From Octopus sinensis (taxonomy: Eukaryota), in the NCBI RefSeq assembly GCF_006345805.1, contig NW_021833991.1, positions 1-51,618 on the forward strand: a stretch of DNA of 51,618 nt, in the 5' to 3' direction. The position numbers and the translations under genes are program-made. Positions 11,642-25,243 of this stretch are shown in pieces. Position 1 is the stretch's first letter. Every line of letters begins with the position of its first letter. The notes under the pieces are model-generated. The model did not search any database. It was not told the DNA's origin and was given only the letters and a program-made list of their open reading frames with translations.

Positions 11642-13428
11642 ACTACACCCACATCACACTCTACACACATTACACACACACAGGCATTCATTCATTGACA
11701 TTACAAATGAGTAAATAGAAGAGGGCAGAGAGATATGGTGGTGATTAGTGTTGTTGTTGAGTAGGCCTATGATCAAAATTTATCCCACATATGACCATCC
11801 TGTCTGCTTTGTTTTACAGATAAAGGTGTGGCTGTACTTCTCAACCACATAGTCTGGGGTTCAGTCCCATGGTGTGCCACCGTGGGCAGGTGTCTTCTAC
11901 TACTCTACTATAGCTTCAGCGCTTTTCGGGTGACGTGCCACCAAAACTTTAACAACATACGACAATTCTGTGAAAGGACAAAAATTACAGAATGCTTGAT
12001 TTGAGGGAATTTAGAAAAAGGTGAGTGTGTTTTTTTAGGCCAGCAACCAATCAAATCCTGTTATTTCACATGCAAAAACGATTCAGTCTTTTCTTAACAT
12101 TGTGCAGTAGTTGTTAATGAGTCTCACTCTCTCATCATCATCATCGTTTAACGTCCGTTTTCCGTGCTAGCATGGGTTGGACGGTTCGACTGGGGTCTGG
12201 GAAGCCAGGAGGCTGCACCAGGCTCCAGTCTGATCTGGCAGTGTTTCTACAGCTGGATGCCCTTCCTAACGCCAACCACTCTGTGAGTGTAGTGGGTGCT
12301 TTTTACGTGCCACCGGCACCCAGTTTAAATGCTAAGGGGTTTATATCAGACATATCAGGCCTTGATATTCCTTCTGTTTTATGTTCAAACTGACCAGATC
12401 TGGTCTTTCACACCTACCCCACACTGTTGCCCTAAAACTAAACAATCATATCATTGAAATCCCGAAGCTACAAAATAATGCAGGATTAATTCAAAGCAAT
12501 GGGAACAAATAAGCACTGCACTTATTCTTTTCTGTTATTTGTTTCAGCTGTTTGACTGCGGCCATGCTGGAGCACCACCTTGAAGGATTTTATTCAAACA
12601 AATCAACCCCAGGATTTTTTTAAAGCCTAGTACCTATTCTATTAGTGTCTTTTACCAGACCACTAAATTACAGGGACGTAAATACACCGATACCAGTGGT
12701 GAGACAAGGACACACACACACACGTACATACATACACACAAACATATATATATATATATATATAAAGGGAAAGTTTACGAAAAAAACAAAAGACGAAGAC
12801 AGGTGGAGTACAAACAAACAAATGTATTAGTATAGCACTCAGGAATAGAAAAAGTCTTTTATGTTTTGAGCCTATGCTCTTCGACAGAATTATACACAGA
12901 AAGAAACAAGGAGAGAAAAAAATGCATGTAGTAGCTAACGATCTATATATATATACGATGAGCTTCTTTCAGTTTCCATCTACCAAATCCTCTCACAAGG
13001 CTTTGGTTGGCCTGAGGCTATAGTAGTAGTAATAGAAGACACTTGTCCAAGGTGCCACACAGTGGGACTGAACCCAGAGCCATGTGGTTGGGAAGCAAGC
13101 TTCTTACCACAGCCATACTTGCACCTATTTGACAGAGTAATCTGAATGCTAAAGGGTTATTGCATGATTTATCCACACCCATACACTCATCCTGAGCTTC
13201 CCTCAGTTTCCATCTACCAGATTTACTCACAACGCTTGGGGCTATAGTAAAAGACACTTACCCAAGATGCCACAAAGTGGAACTAAACCCAAAACACGAT
13301 GGGTGTGTGTGTGCGTGTTTACACTCATATCTTTTATTTTTTTCCCCTTATTTCAGCCCTTGGGGTACCACTCTGAAATGTTCAGTTGAACAACCCTAGC
13401 ACCCATTTTGTTAAGTCAGGTAGATATA

Positions 13429-13846
13429 GGCAGAGGATTGGCTGTGTGGTAAGTAGCTTGTTTACCAACCACATGGGTCCAGGTTCAGTCCCACTGTGTG
13501 GCACCTTAGGCAAGTGTCTTCTACTATAGCCTCGGGCCGACCAAAGCCTTGTGAGTGGATATGGTAGACGGAAACTGAAAGAAGCCCGTCGTATATATGT
13601 GTATATATATATATATATATATGCGTGTGTGTGTTTGTGTGTCTGTGTTTGTCCCCCACTAGCATTGCTTGACAACCGATGCTGGTGTGTTTACGTCCCT
13701 GTTACTTAGCGGTTCGGCAAAAGAGACCGATAGAATAAGTACTGGGCTTACAAAAGAATAAGTCCCAGGGTCGATTTGCTCGATTAAAGGCGGTGCGCCA
13801 GCATGGCCGCAGTCAAATGACTAAAACAAGTAAGAGAGTAAAGAGT
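13429..13846 (+). mobile_element. SINE S1, full length
   Basis: Colinear with 4840-5238. Confidence 0.85.
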
Positions 13847-14284
13847 ATTCTCTCAAAACAGTCACACTCACACACATATTATGATGTGTATGGGACGTAG
13901 AAGTGAGTTGGTTCAATTTAGTACCATTGTACAAGAATGTACAAACGGATGTGTATTTCTAAGCGAGTGTAAGAGACAGAAGCCATCCAATCATATGATC
14001 ATCTGTTAATTAATTTGGCCTTTCATTAAAAAAGACACAAGACTAATGAGCTTTTAATTGAAAAAAAAAACTCACTTAGGTTTTAATTAAACAAAAGGAA
14101 GCATTCAGTCAATGATGAAGCGCCATGATGTCACTGCATGTGGTTATATGAGTAAGAAGCTTGCTTTCCATCCATGAGGTCTGGGGTTCAATCCTGCTGG
14201 GCAGCACTTTGAAGGGGCTTTGAAGCCAGGTAATATTTCCCCGTGACTGGACAGGTTTTCACAGAAGACAAGGAACGTATAATT

Positions 14285-15049
14285 ATTTCTATACTACCCA
14301 CAAGAGGCTAAACAAGGACAGACAAACGGATTAAGTTGATTAGATTGACCCCAGTGCGTAACTGGTACTTGTTTAATCGACCCCAAAAGGATGAAAGGCA
14401 AAGTCGACCTCGGCGGAATCTTGAACTCAGAACGTAACGGCAGACGAAATACCTATTTCTTTACTACTCACAAGGGGCTAAACACAGAGGGTACAAACAA
14501 GGACAGACAAACGGATTAAGTCGATTATATCGACCCCAGTGCGTAACTGGTACTTGTTTAATCGACCCCGAAAGGATGAAAGGCAAAGTCGACCTCGGCG
14601 GAATTTGAACTCAGAACGTAGCGGCAGACGGAATACCTATTTCTTTACTACCCACAAGGGGCTAAACACAGAAGGGACAAACAAGGACAGACAGATGGAT
14701 TAAGTCGATTATATCGACCCCAGTGCGTAACTGGTACTTGTTTAATCGACCCCGAAAGGATGAAAGGCAAAGTCGACCTCAGCGGAATTTGAACTCAGAA
14801 CGTAACGGCAGATGAAATACCTATTTCTTTACTACCCACAAGGGGCTAAACACAGAAGGGACAAACAAGGACAGACAGATGGATTAAGTCGATTATATCG
14901 ACCCCAGTGCGTAACTGGTACTTGTTTAATCGACCCTGAAAGGATGAAAGGCAAAGTCGATCTCGGCGGAATTTGAACTCAGAACATAGCGGCAGACGAA
15001 ATACCGCAAAGCATTTCGCCCGGCGTGCTAACGATTCTGCCAGCTCGCC
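14285..15049 (-). mobile_element. SINE S2 tetramer: one head plus four head-less bodies, 184-bp period
   Basis: Junctions at 14453/54, 14637/38 and 14821/22; the head joins at 15005/06. Confidence 0.88.
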
Positions 15050-15557
15050 ATCTAAGAACATATAATAGCACTTAAAAACGGTGGCACTTAACACTGCCAC
15101 AATTTCAAGATAAAGAGGCACACACACACACGTGTGTATGATTTTGTTTAGGCATAGGGATACTATTTCAAAGATGACAGCATAATTTTTTACACTTTGC
15201 CATTTCTTGAATTATAAATAAAGGATGGACTCGCCAGTCAAACACGACATATAAGTGTTCAATTCTTGCCGAATAATCTGCCAGACATGATCTTGGAGAA
15301 TACTGGAAATGTATATACAACTGCTTGTATGAGAGTGACAATCATTCATTTTCACAACCATCACACAATATCAAGACCAGGACACACACACACACACATG
15401 ATCTTCTTTTAGTTTTCATCTACCAAACCCACTCACAAGGCTTTGGTCGTCCCGAGGCTATAGTAAAATAATGTCGCCCAAGATGCCACACAGTAGGACT
15501 GAACCTAGAACCATGTGGTTGGGAAACTAATTTCTTACCAACAAAACCACAACCTAC

Positions 15558-15930
15558 TCATCATCATCATCGTTTAACGTCCGCTTTCCATGCTAGCATG
15601 GGTTGGACGGTTCAACTGGGGTCTGGCAAGCCTGAAGGCTACACCAGGCCAGTCAGATCTGGCAGTGTTTCTACAGCTGGATGCCCTTCCTAACGCCAAC
15701 CACTCCGAGAGTGTAGTGGGTGATTTTATGTGCCACCGACACAGGTGCCAGACGAGGCTGGCAGACGGCCACGCTCGGATGGTGTTTTTTTATGTGCCAC
15801 CGACACAGGTGCCAGACGAGGCTGGCAGACGGCCACGCTCGGATGGTGTTTTTTTATGTGCCACCGACACAGGTGCCAGACGAGGCTGGCAGACGGCCAT
15901 GCTCGGATATGGTGTCCACGCTCGGATATG
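15558..15930 (-). mobile_element. RTE 3' UTR fragment with about three 64-bp tandem units
   Basis: (CAT)n tail at left; repeated unit at 15728, 15792 and 15856. Confidence 0.75.
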
Positions 15931-16049
15931 GTGACCTAAACATTATATGTATTATTGACCCAGGAAAAGGACTGGACTGCAAAGTGGCCCATGGTTGGAT
16001 TTGAACTCAGAATCTAAAGCAACACAACTAAATAAGAAGCACTCTAGCA

Positions 16050-17022
16050 GTTTGGTCCTGAGGGCCTCACAGAGGCAATGATGAAAGACTGAGACCTCTG
16101 GAGGTATGCTGTGACTGAAAAGACCTGCAAAATAAAGTGAGATCACAGCCGTAGCCTACACCAGTGTCGCATTAACCAGCCGACTTAAAAAAGTACCTCT
16201 GGATCGTAGAGCAACATGTCGTGCTTGAGGAGACCTACTGAGTCAAGGACATCAAAATCAAATCAAACCACAATCAAATGGAAGTTGTAGTTGTGGTCCC
16301 TGTGTCAGTGGCACGTAAAAAGGACCATGTGAAAAGCACCATCCAAACGTGGCCAATGCCAGCCCCCTCACCCCGACTGGCTCCTGTGCTGGTGGCATTT
16401 AAAAGTACCATCAGAACGTGGCCGATGCCAGCCCCCTCACCCCGACTGGCATGTAAAAAGCACCATCTGAACATGGTCAATGCCGGCCCCCTCACCCCGA
16501 CTGGGACCTAAAAAGCACCATCCAAACGTGGCCAATGCCGGCCCCCCCCCACCCTGACTGGCTCCTGTGCCGATGGCATGTAAAAAGTACCATCTGAACG
16601 TGGCCAATGCCAGCGTCGCCTTGACTGGCTCCTATGCCGATGGCATGTAAAAAGTACCATCTGAACATGGCTAATGTCAGACCCCTCACCCTGACTGGCT
16701 CCTGTGCCAATGGCATGTAAAAAGTACCATCTGAACGTGGCCGACGCCAGCGCCACCTTGACTGGCTCCTGTGCCGATGAAATGTAAAAAGTACCATTTG
16801 AATGTGGTCGATGCCAGCCCTCTCTGGCCCCTGTACCAGTGGCACATGAAAAGCACTGACCGCACTCTCAGAGTGGTTGGCATTAGGAAGGGCATCCGGC
16901 TGTAGAAACACTGCCAGATCAGATTGGAGCCTGGTGCAACCTCCTGGCTTCCCAGACCCCGGTCAAACCATCCAACCTATGCCAGCATGGAAAACGGATG
17001 TTAAACGATGATGATGATGATG
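16050..17022 (+). mobile_element. RTE LINE 3' end with an expanded internal minisatellite in the 3' UTR
   Basis: ORF end GLTEAMMKD.DLWRYAVTEKT, about nine 55-70-bp TAAAAAGCACC-containing units at 16320-16860, then the shared UTR terminus and (GAT)n. Confidence 0.75.
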
Positions 17023-17429
17023 AAAAAGAATTAATTGAGAAGAAGTAATTAGTGTAAGAAATGTAATTAACTAGACAATGGATAATATGTGGCTGTCTGC
17101 ATTTCGGTAGTCAGGATTCTTTGAGTGAGAGGAATTGTGTTACCGAACTGAAATGTAATCTGACAATAACAATCAGCCGTACGGACTGTGCGGGAATCAG
17201 GACTACCAACACATTCATCTATGAATGAGCGTTCACGTGTGTGAGCAAATTTGATTATCATGAGCTTCTCTGTGTGTGTGTGTGTGTGTGTGTGTAAGTA
17301 CACACACACAAGCCCATGATGTGTCTCATCCGTGTGTGCTGCTGCTGTCTAAAAGCAATATCTTTTATGAATATCTAAAGAAAGAAAGAACACACCATCT
17401 AATATTATTAGCTAAATATCAAGATGGAT

Positions 17430-17471
17430 GTGTGGCATACACACACATATATATATATATATATATATTAT

Positions 17472-17511
<40 letters not shown>

Positions 17512-18056
17512 TTATATGTATATATATATATTTATATATACAGGTGTGTATGCATGTTTACATATATATATTTATATATACAGGTGTGTATGCATGTTTA
17601 CATATATATATTTATATATATACAGGCATGTATGTATGCACGTTTATATGTATTTATATATACAGGTATGTATGCATGTTTACATATATATATATATTTA
17701 TATATATATACAGGTATGTATGCACGTTTATATATATATATTTATATATACAGGTATGAATGCATGTTTACATCTATATATACATTTATATATATACAGG
17801 CATGTATGCATGCATGTTTATATACAGGTATGTATGCATGTTTACATATATATTTATATATACAGGTATGTATGCATTCACATACAGGTATGTATGCATA
17901 AATATATATGTGAGTGAGTGTGTGTGTGTGTACATACATACACACACATACATGTACATACAATCATTCATCTTAGGCACAAAAACACACACCTTTTTTT
18001 CTCCTCACAGAAGTAAAGAGGACGGAAAACATTAAAAATAATAAGACACATATACA

Positions 18057-18121
<65 letters not shown>

Positions 18122-18720
18122 CAAGAAATCAATAAAAGAATCGTTGTTCGATGATGGTGATGATGATGATGAAAGAAAGAACAAAAGAAACAAAGAAGAA
18201 GAAAGAGAAAGAGAAAGCCAGATAATAAAGTGCTAGGAGCATCAACAGCAGCCACCACCACCACCACAAACATCATCATCATCATCATCATCACTACCAT
18301 CTTCACCACCAACAACAACAACAACACAATTACAACCACCATCACCAGAAGGGCGACAATAATTTACCACCACCACCACCACAACTACTACTACAATAAC
18401 AACAATCATCACTACAATTGTCTTCATACCACCACCACCACCATCACTAGCACTACCACCACCTCCACAGCAACAACCAGCACTACCACCACCTCCACAG
18501 CAACAACCACCACCACCATCATCAACACTACCACCACCACTAGCATCATAACCACCACCACCACCACCACACTACCACCGCAACAACCACCACCACAACC
18601 ACCTCCACGGCAACCACCACCACCACCACCACTCAACATCTGCACCATCACAAGAATCATATTCAGCACCGCCACCACCACTACCACCACCACCAGCCCC
18701 ATCTGCCGCTGCCACCACCA
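17430..18720. repeat. (TA)n / ATATACAGGTATGTATGC minisatellite followed by (CAC/CAA)n tracts
   Basis: Directly visible low-complexity sequence; source of spurious YI- and T-rich ORFs. Confidence 0.9.
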
Positions 18721-18945
18721 CCTCTCCACCCCCTCTCTTAATAACATCAAAAACCGATTTATCAGAAATGTAATTGGATTGATTAAACCCGAGGTAGCAG
18801 TATGAAATGTAGTATCAGAGCAACAGGTGTGGGTAGCAGTATAGAGTGGTAGAGGGTAACACTGAGCAGTAGCTGAGTGTTAGTGCAGCATGTGGTGAAG
18901 GGAGTGGTCCTGAGGTGAGAGTGGGGTGATAATAAATACTAGAAC

Positions 18946-18976
<31 letters not shown>

Positions 18977-19174
18977 CAATGCAGTGATTTGCTCGAGGGC
19001 CTTATAGTGCACCTGAGGTGGGCCTGGGGTTGACGTTGGCAGTCAATGAACCCTGAAATATAAGGAGACGGAAGAAAATAACACAGGACATTTTTTGCCT
19101 CAAACTCCAACAATTTTGCCAGGTCACAGCAGTTTCTAATAATAATAATATAATAATAATAATAATAATAATAA

Positions 19175-19648
19175 ATTCTTTTTGTTGGCCACAACGTCTG
19201 ACACACATTATTACAAAACAAAAACGGACAAAACAGGACAAAATGTTACAAAGCGTCTTATCCATTTGTAAAAATCCGTGTAACAATCAAATAATATAAC
19301 AACGAAAAACTCCCAATAGTGGGAGGCGTTACGAAAAGTTCCTGGTGGAAAAACCCATAAAAGCTAACGGGAGCCTGGTCAAAAGGTGGGTAGAGAGCCC
19401 CTTTCTCCTTTTATAAAACCTTTTTCAATCACAGGCGAAACCTGAGAATTGGTCCATTTACATTGGCCATTCTCGCACAATTCACCCACCTTTCAGAAAA
19501 CTTGCTATCAGACAGCACTCTCCTCTCTAACCTCATCTTCCTTTTCAAGTGAAATTTGAAAAAGTTGATGAGGCCTTGACCAAAGAGGAAAGTGTCTGAC
19601 TTTAGCCCTTTCAAACGGGTCCACCATACAACCTCTTTCGCCACAGCC
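19175..19648 (-). mobile_element. 5'-truncated Tx1/L1-like LINE (copy B, diverged subfamily)
   Basis: Encodes LAVAKEVVWWTRLKGLKSDTFLFGQGLINFFKFHLKRKMRLERRVL, clearly homologous to copy A (VAMAKECIWWTRLKGLETNTFLSGQSLINFFKYHLKRKVRVERQVL). (TAA)n on both sides. Confidence 0.8.
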
Positions 19649-19667
19649 AAATAATAATAATAATAAT

Positions 19668-20011
19668 GCCCTGGGAATGATAGCAAAAGGGGCTGATTGC
19701 TACCTAACTCAGATACCAGGAAACCCAAAAATGGCAGAAATTCAAAAGATAGTGCTCATGGGAACTGCTCATATCCTACGCAAAATACTCTCTATGTAAT
19801 CCCAAGGTTTAAAACAAACTTTTTCTTTACTTTTTTTTTTTCAAATTTATTTATTAGATATTCACTAGTACAACACTAAATACAAAACCAAATATATGCC
19901 ACACAAGGCATAACAACAACGCGAACTTCCAACCTGTTGTCTCTTGAGGTCTCTGGGTGAGACTTGGAGCCAACTTGTACAAATATAAAGCATAAGTCAA
20001 ACATAGAATAT
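19668..20011 (+). mobile_element. 3' fragment of an RLE-type (R4/Dong-like) non-LTR retrotransposon
   Basis: 19668-19799 reads ALGMIAKGADCYLTQIPGNPKMAEIQKIVLMGTAHILRKILSM*, matching the GALG...IQK..L.GTA.ILR..L C-terminal pattern of RLE-type elements. Flanked by (TAA)n. Confidence 0.7.
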
Positions 20012-20391
20012 TAATAATAATAATAACAACAACGGCTTCAAATTTTGCCACAAGGGCAGCTATTTTGGGGGAGAGAATGAGTTGATTACATAGACCCCAA
20101 TGCCTCACTGGTACTTATTTTATCAGCCCCGAAAGGATCTTTTCTACTCTAGGCACAAGGCCCGAAAAGTTTTGGGGAGGCGGAGGCCAGTCGATTAGAC
20201 TGACCACAGTATGCAACTGGTACTAAATTTATCGGCCCCAAAATAATGGAAGGCAAAGTGGACCTCAGTGGAATTTGAACAGATGAAATGCCGCTAAGCC
20301 TGTCGTGTGTGTGTGTGTGTGTGTGTGCATATGTGCATGTATGTATCTGTGTTTGTCCACCACTGATTGACAACTGGAGTTGGTGTACCTT

Positions 20392-20765
20392 ATTTACATT
20401 TGACGGATATTTGTCCTCATCTTCTTTGTTGTTAACACAACATTTCGGCTGGTATACCCTGCAGCCTTCATCAGGTGTCTTGAGGAAATTTCGAACCTGG
20501 GTTCTCGTTCCTAAGGTAATTTTCAATGTTATCACTGCTTGGAATCGAAATCAGAATCTTGGGGTTAGTAGCACACGCTCTTAACCACTACATCATATGC
20601 CAGTGGTATATAATAATAACAACATTGAAATATACCTTAGGAATGAGAACCCAGGTTCGAACTTTCCCCAAGACACCTGATGTAGGCTGGAGGGTTAACA
20701 AACAAGATGAGGGCAGATATCCATCAAATGTAAATAATGTACATAATTTCTCATCTCTTAAATAT
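20392..20765. mobile_element. Penelope-like terminal fragments in inverted arrangement
   Basis: 20392-20529 (minus) and about 20620-20765 (plus) are homologous. The minus copy has CTGATGAAGGCTG...CAGCCGAAA. Confidence 0.5.
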
Positions 20766-21535
20766 AGAATTGGAGTTGGCGTGTTTACACCACCGTGACT
20801 TAGCAGTTGGGCAAAGAGTTCGATAAAGTAAGTATCAAGCTTTAAAAAAAATTACAAAGTGCTGGGGTCAATTCATTTGACAAAAATTCTCAAAGGTAGT
20901 GCCCCAGCATGGCCACAATCAAATGACTGAAACAAGTAAAAGAACAATAATATTGCTTACGACCCCTTCATGTCTCTTAATGCCCCCCTGGGGCATGGCA
21001 TGTATCCCCTAGGAAAACATCACTTTTTTTCTTTTTTCTTATTCTTTTACTACCATCAATCATTGGCATTGATGATTACATCAGGCCCCACCCCAGTTCT
21101 GGCCCCAGCCCCAGGGCTTATTCTATCGATATTGGAAGGATTAAGGGCAAAGTTTATCCCAGTGACCCGTATCAGCTTAACCAACTTGTTGCTATTCCCA
21201 GCCACCAATGATCATACAATTAATTAATTAATTAATTAATAACAGAAACGAGAATGAAGATTCTGATATGATGATACTAATGACATGATATTGATGATGA
21301 TGATGATGATGATGGTGATGATGGTGATGGTGATGATGATGATGATGATGATGATGACGGCAACAACAATGTTATGATGATGATGATAATGACATGATGC
21401 TGATGATGCTAATGATAATGATGATGATGATAATGTTATGATGAAGAAGGCAACAACAATGTTATGATGATGATGATAATGACAACGATGATGATGATAC
21501 TGATGGTGATGATGACTATCTTCATGATGAAGATC

Positions 21536-22060
21536 ATCATCATCATCATCATCATTTAACATCCGCTTTCCATTCTAGCATGGGTTGGACGATTTGACTG
21601 AGGTCTGGCGAACCGGATGGCTGCACCAGGCTCCAATCTTGATCTGGCAGAATTTCTACAGCTTGATGCCCTTCCTAACGCCAACCACTCCGTGAGTGTA
21701 GTGGGTGCTTTTACGTGCCACCGGCACGAGGGCCAGTCAAGCCGTACTGGCAACGGCCACGCTCAAACGGTGTTCTTTACATGCCACCTGCACAGGAGCC
21801 AGTCCAGCGGCACTGGCAACGACTTCACTCAAACGGTTTTTTTCACGTGCCACCGGCACAAGTGACAGTAGGGCGACGCTGGTAACGATCCGCTCGAATG
21901 GTGATTTTTACATGCCACCGGCACAGAAGCCAGTTTGCTGCTCTGGCAACCATCACGCTCGGATGGTGCTCTTAGCGCGCCACTAGCACGGATGTCAGTC
22001 ATGGAATTTGATTTTGATTTCGATTTCACTTGCCTCAACAGGTCTTCGCAAACAGAGTCT
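21536..22060 (-). mobile_element. RTE 3' UTR fragment with diverged internal repeats
   Basis: Shared UTR motifs and (CAT)n tail. Confidence 0.7.
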
Positions 22061-23095
22061 AGTGTCCAATGAAAGAAAGGAAAGGAGAGGAAAGATGATG
22101 GTGATGATGATGATGATGTTATGACGAAGACAATGACGATGATGATGAGGATGAGGAGGAGAAGGGGGTAAAGGAAATTTCCAATTCTTTGACTTCCATT
22201 TCCTCCTTAAGCTCCCCCACCACCAATACCACCACTGCCACCACCAATACCACTACCACCAATACCACCACCGCCACCACCAATACCACTACCACCAATA
22301 CCACCACCGCCACCACCAATACCACCACCACTATCACCAATACCACCACTACCACCAATACCACCACCAATACCACCACCACCACAACCACCACCACCAA
22401 TACCACCACTACCACCACCATCAATACCACCACCACTACCACTACCACCACCACCACTACCACCACCACCACCAAACACTCCATGCATTGAGGATGCACT
22501 GAGAAGCAATCGGGGGGGGGGGGAAGAAACAACAAATAAAAAATTACAAACAAAAGAGACCTGAAATAAAAATAAATAAAAATGAAATAACGAGAAAAAC
22601 AAAAATCACAACCTCAACAACAATGTCAACAGAGAAGAAGCCAGCATCAATGTTGCAATTACAAGTCAGTACAGTAATTAGGAACGTTTTAATTAAAAGG
22701 AGTAAACAGTGTCATAAAACACTAACGAACACACGGCACCGTTCAATAGAGAGCAGCTTTTTTTTATGAGACTTCTTTGATGCCGAGGAAAGCGAAGAGG
22801 AAAAATAATTAATAATAATAATAATAATGATAATACTAATGATAATAATATAAATAATAATAATAATAATAATAATGATAATAATATAAATAATAATAAT
22901 ATAAATAATAATAATAATGATAATAATAATAATAATAATAATATAAAAAATGATAATAATAATAATAATAATATAAAAAATGATAATAATAATAATAATG
23001 ATAATAATGGTGATGATGATAGTAATAATGATACTGATAATAATAATAATAATAATAATAATGATGACAATAATGAAAATAATAATAATAATGAA

Positions 23096-23128
<33 letters not shown>

Positions 23129-23152
23129 AATGATAATAATATAAATAATATA

Positions 23153-23185
<33 letters not shown>

Positions 23186-23203
23186 AATGATAATAATAAT
23201 AAT

Positions 23204-23534
23204 GAGCATCATAGCCATGTGTTGAGAGGGATTCTTTGGGGTTTGAATGATTCACCTCTGGAAACATGGGTGTTTTGTTCAACGTCCTTAAACAACCCTT
23301 ATTCAAGGACCTTTTGAGCGGGATGGGTTACTCAACCTGAAGAAAATTCTAACTGGGCCCCACCTGCAAGGTCATGTGCTGTTTATCTTGATATGAGATC
23401 ACCATGTCGCGCACATATGGTTGTGATGCATGTGCCTGGTGTACCTTTATCAGACGGGTAGTCATGATGGGTATATTGGGCTTCGTATATTTTACCCCAG
23501 TGTCACTTTGATGGCATGAACTGCTCTCTCACTC
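23204..23534. mobile_element. (TAA)n-flanked non-coding interspersed repeat, truncated copy
   Basis: Near-identical to the right two thirds of 25244-25766; both ends abut (TAA)n. Confidence 0.75.
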
Positions 23535-23923
23535 AATAATAATAATAATGATGATAACAATAATAATAATAATTTTTAAAATGATGATGATGATAATAAT
23601 ACTAATAACAATAATGAGCAGTTAGGAGGGGGAGGGAATCTAAACCAATCTATGGCTGCAAAAAAAGAATGACAAAACCTTTTAAAAAAAAACATACAAC
23701 AGAATAAAAATCTTTATCGTGATCCTCCATCTCTCGACCACCAACCTTGCGACCCCACCCACCCAGCCTCCTCCCTCACCCCCAGAGACGAGATTAAAAA
23801 CACACACACACACAGATGAATAAATGCAATTCTGAATGAATCGCAACAAGAATTCTCGAGCTTTCAGCAATGTAATAGAATTTAGTGTGCATGTGAAGAC
23901 AACAACAACAACAACTACTACTA

Positions 23924-23974
<51 letters not shown>

Positions 23975-25243
23975 TAATAATAATAATAATGATACAAGAA
24001 GGAAAAAAAAAAGATGTTGAAGGAAACTCCATTAGTGCAATATAGGTAGATGAGAGCGGAAGAGCAACCGGAAACGCTCACTGCGAAAAAATAAAGCAGC
24101 ATTGGAAACGATGCCGGTAGACATCATCATCATCATCGTTATTGTTGTTGTTTTTATTGGTATCATATAGCACCAACAGAATCTGGAACATTATATATAT
24201 ATATATACATATATACAAGCACACACACACACATATATATATATGTGTGTATGTGAATAATTTATATATATATATATATATATATATACATACATGCATA
24301 TATATATATACATATACATATATATATATATATACATGCATATATATATATACATACATGCATATATATATATACATATATATACATACATGCATATTAT
24401 ATATATATATATAAATACATATACATATATATATATATACATACATTCATATATATATACATATATATATACATACATTCATATATATATACATATATAT
24501 TATATACATATATATATACATATATATATACACACAATATATATAACATATATATATATATATACATATATATATACATATTATATATATACATATATAT
24601 ATACATATATATATACACACATATATATACATATATATATACACACATATATATACATATAATATACACACATATATATACATATATATATACACATATA
24701 TATATATACATATATATATACATATATATATACACATATACACATATATATACATATATATACACACATATATATATACACATATATATATATACATATA
24801 CACATATATATACATATACACATATATATACATACATATATACACATATATATATATATATATACTTATATATATACATATATATATATATAACTTATTG
24901 ACACACACACATATATATATACATGGGGTTGGCAAAAAGTCAGCTGACGGTAAATCAAAACCATTTAAATTCCAAGATTTATTTATGTTCAACAACCGAA
25001 CGAATTTAATAAAAGCATCTAAATATGAAACATGATGAAAATTGTTTGAACTGAAGTCTTTCTTGAGAACGACACCACTTTTCCATTCGAGTCAATACAG
25101 AATAACAGATAGTATTTATGGAATTTTGACTTACAAAGTCAACTTGGGCGGAATTTGAACTTGCAAAGCATTTAGCCCGGCATGCCAACATTTCTACCAG
25201 CTCACCGCCTTATAAACAATATCAATAATAATAATAATAATAA

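Larger units (their letters stand above)
21280..24920. repeat. Microsatellite-dominated block: (GAT)n, (ACC/AAT)n, (TAA)n and (TA/CA)n
   Basis: Tracts at about 21280-21555, 22215-22475, 22805-23203, 23900-23990 and 24190-24920. Confidence 0.9.
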
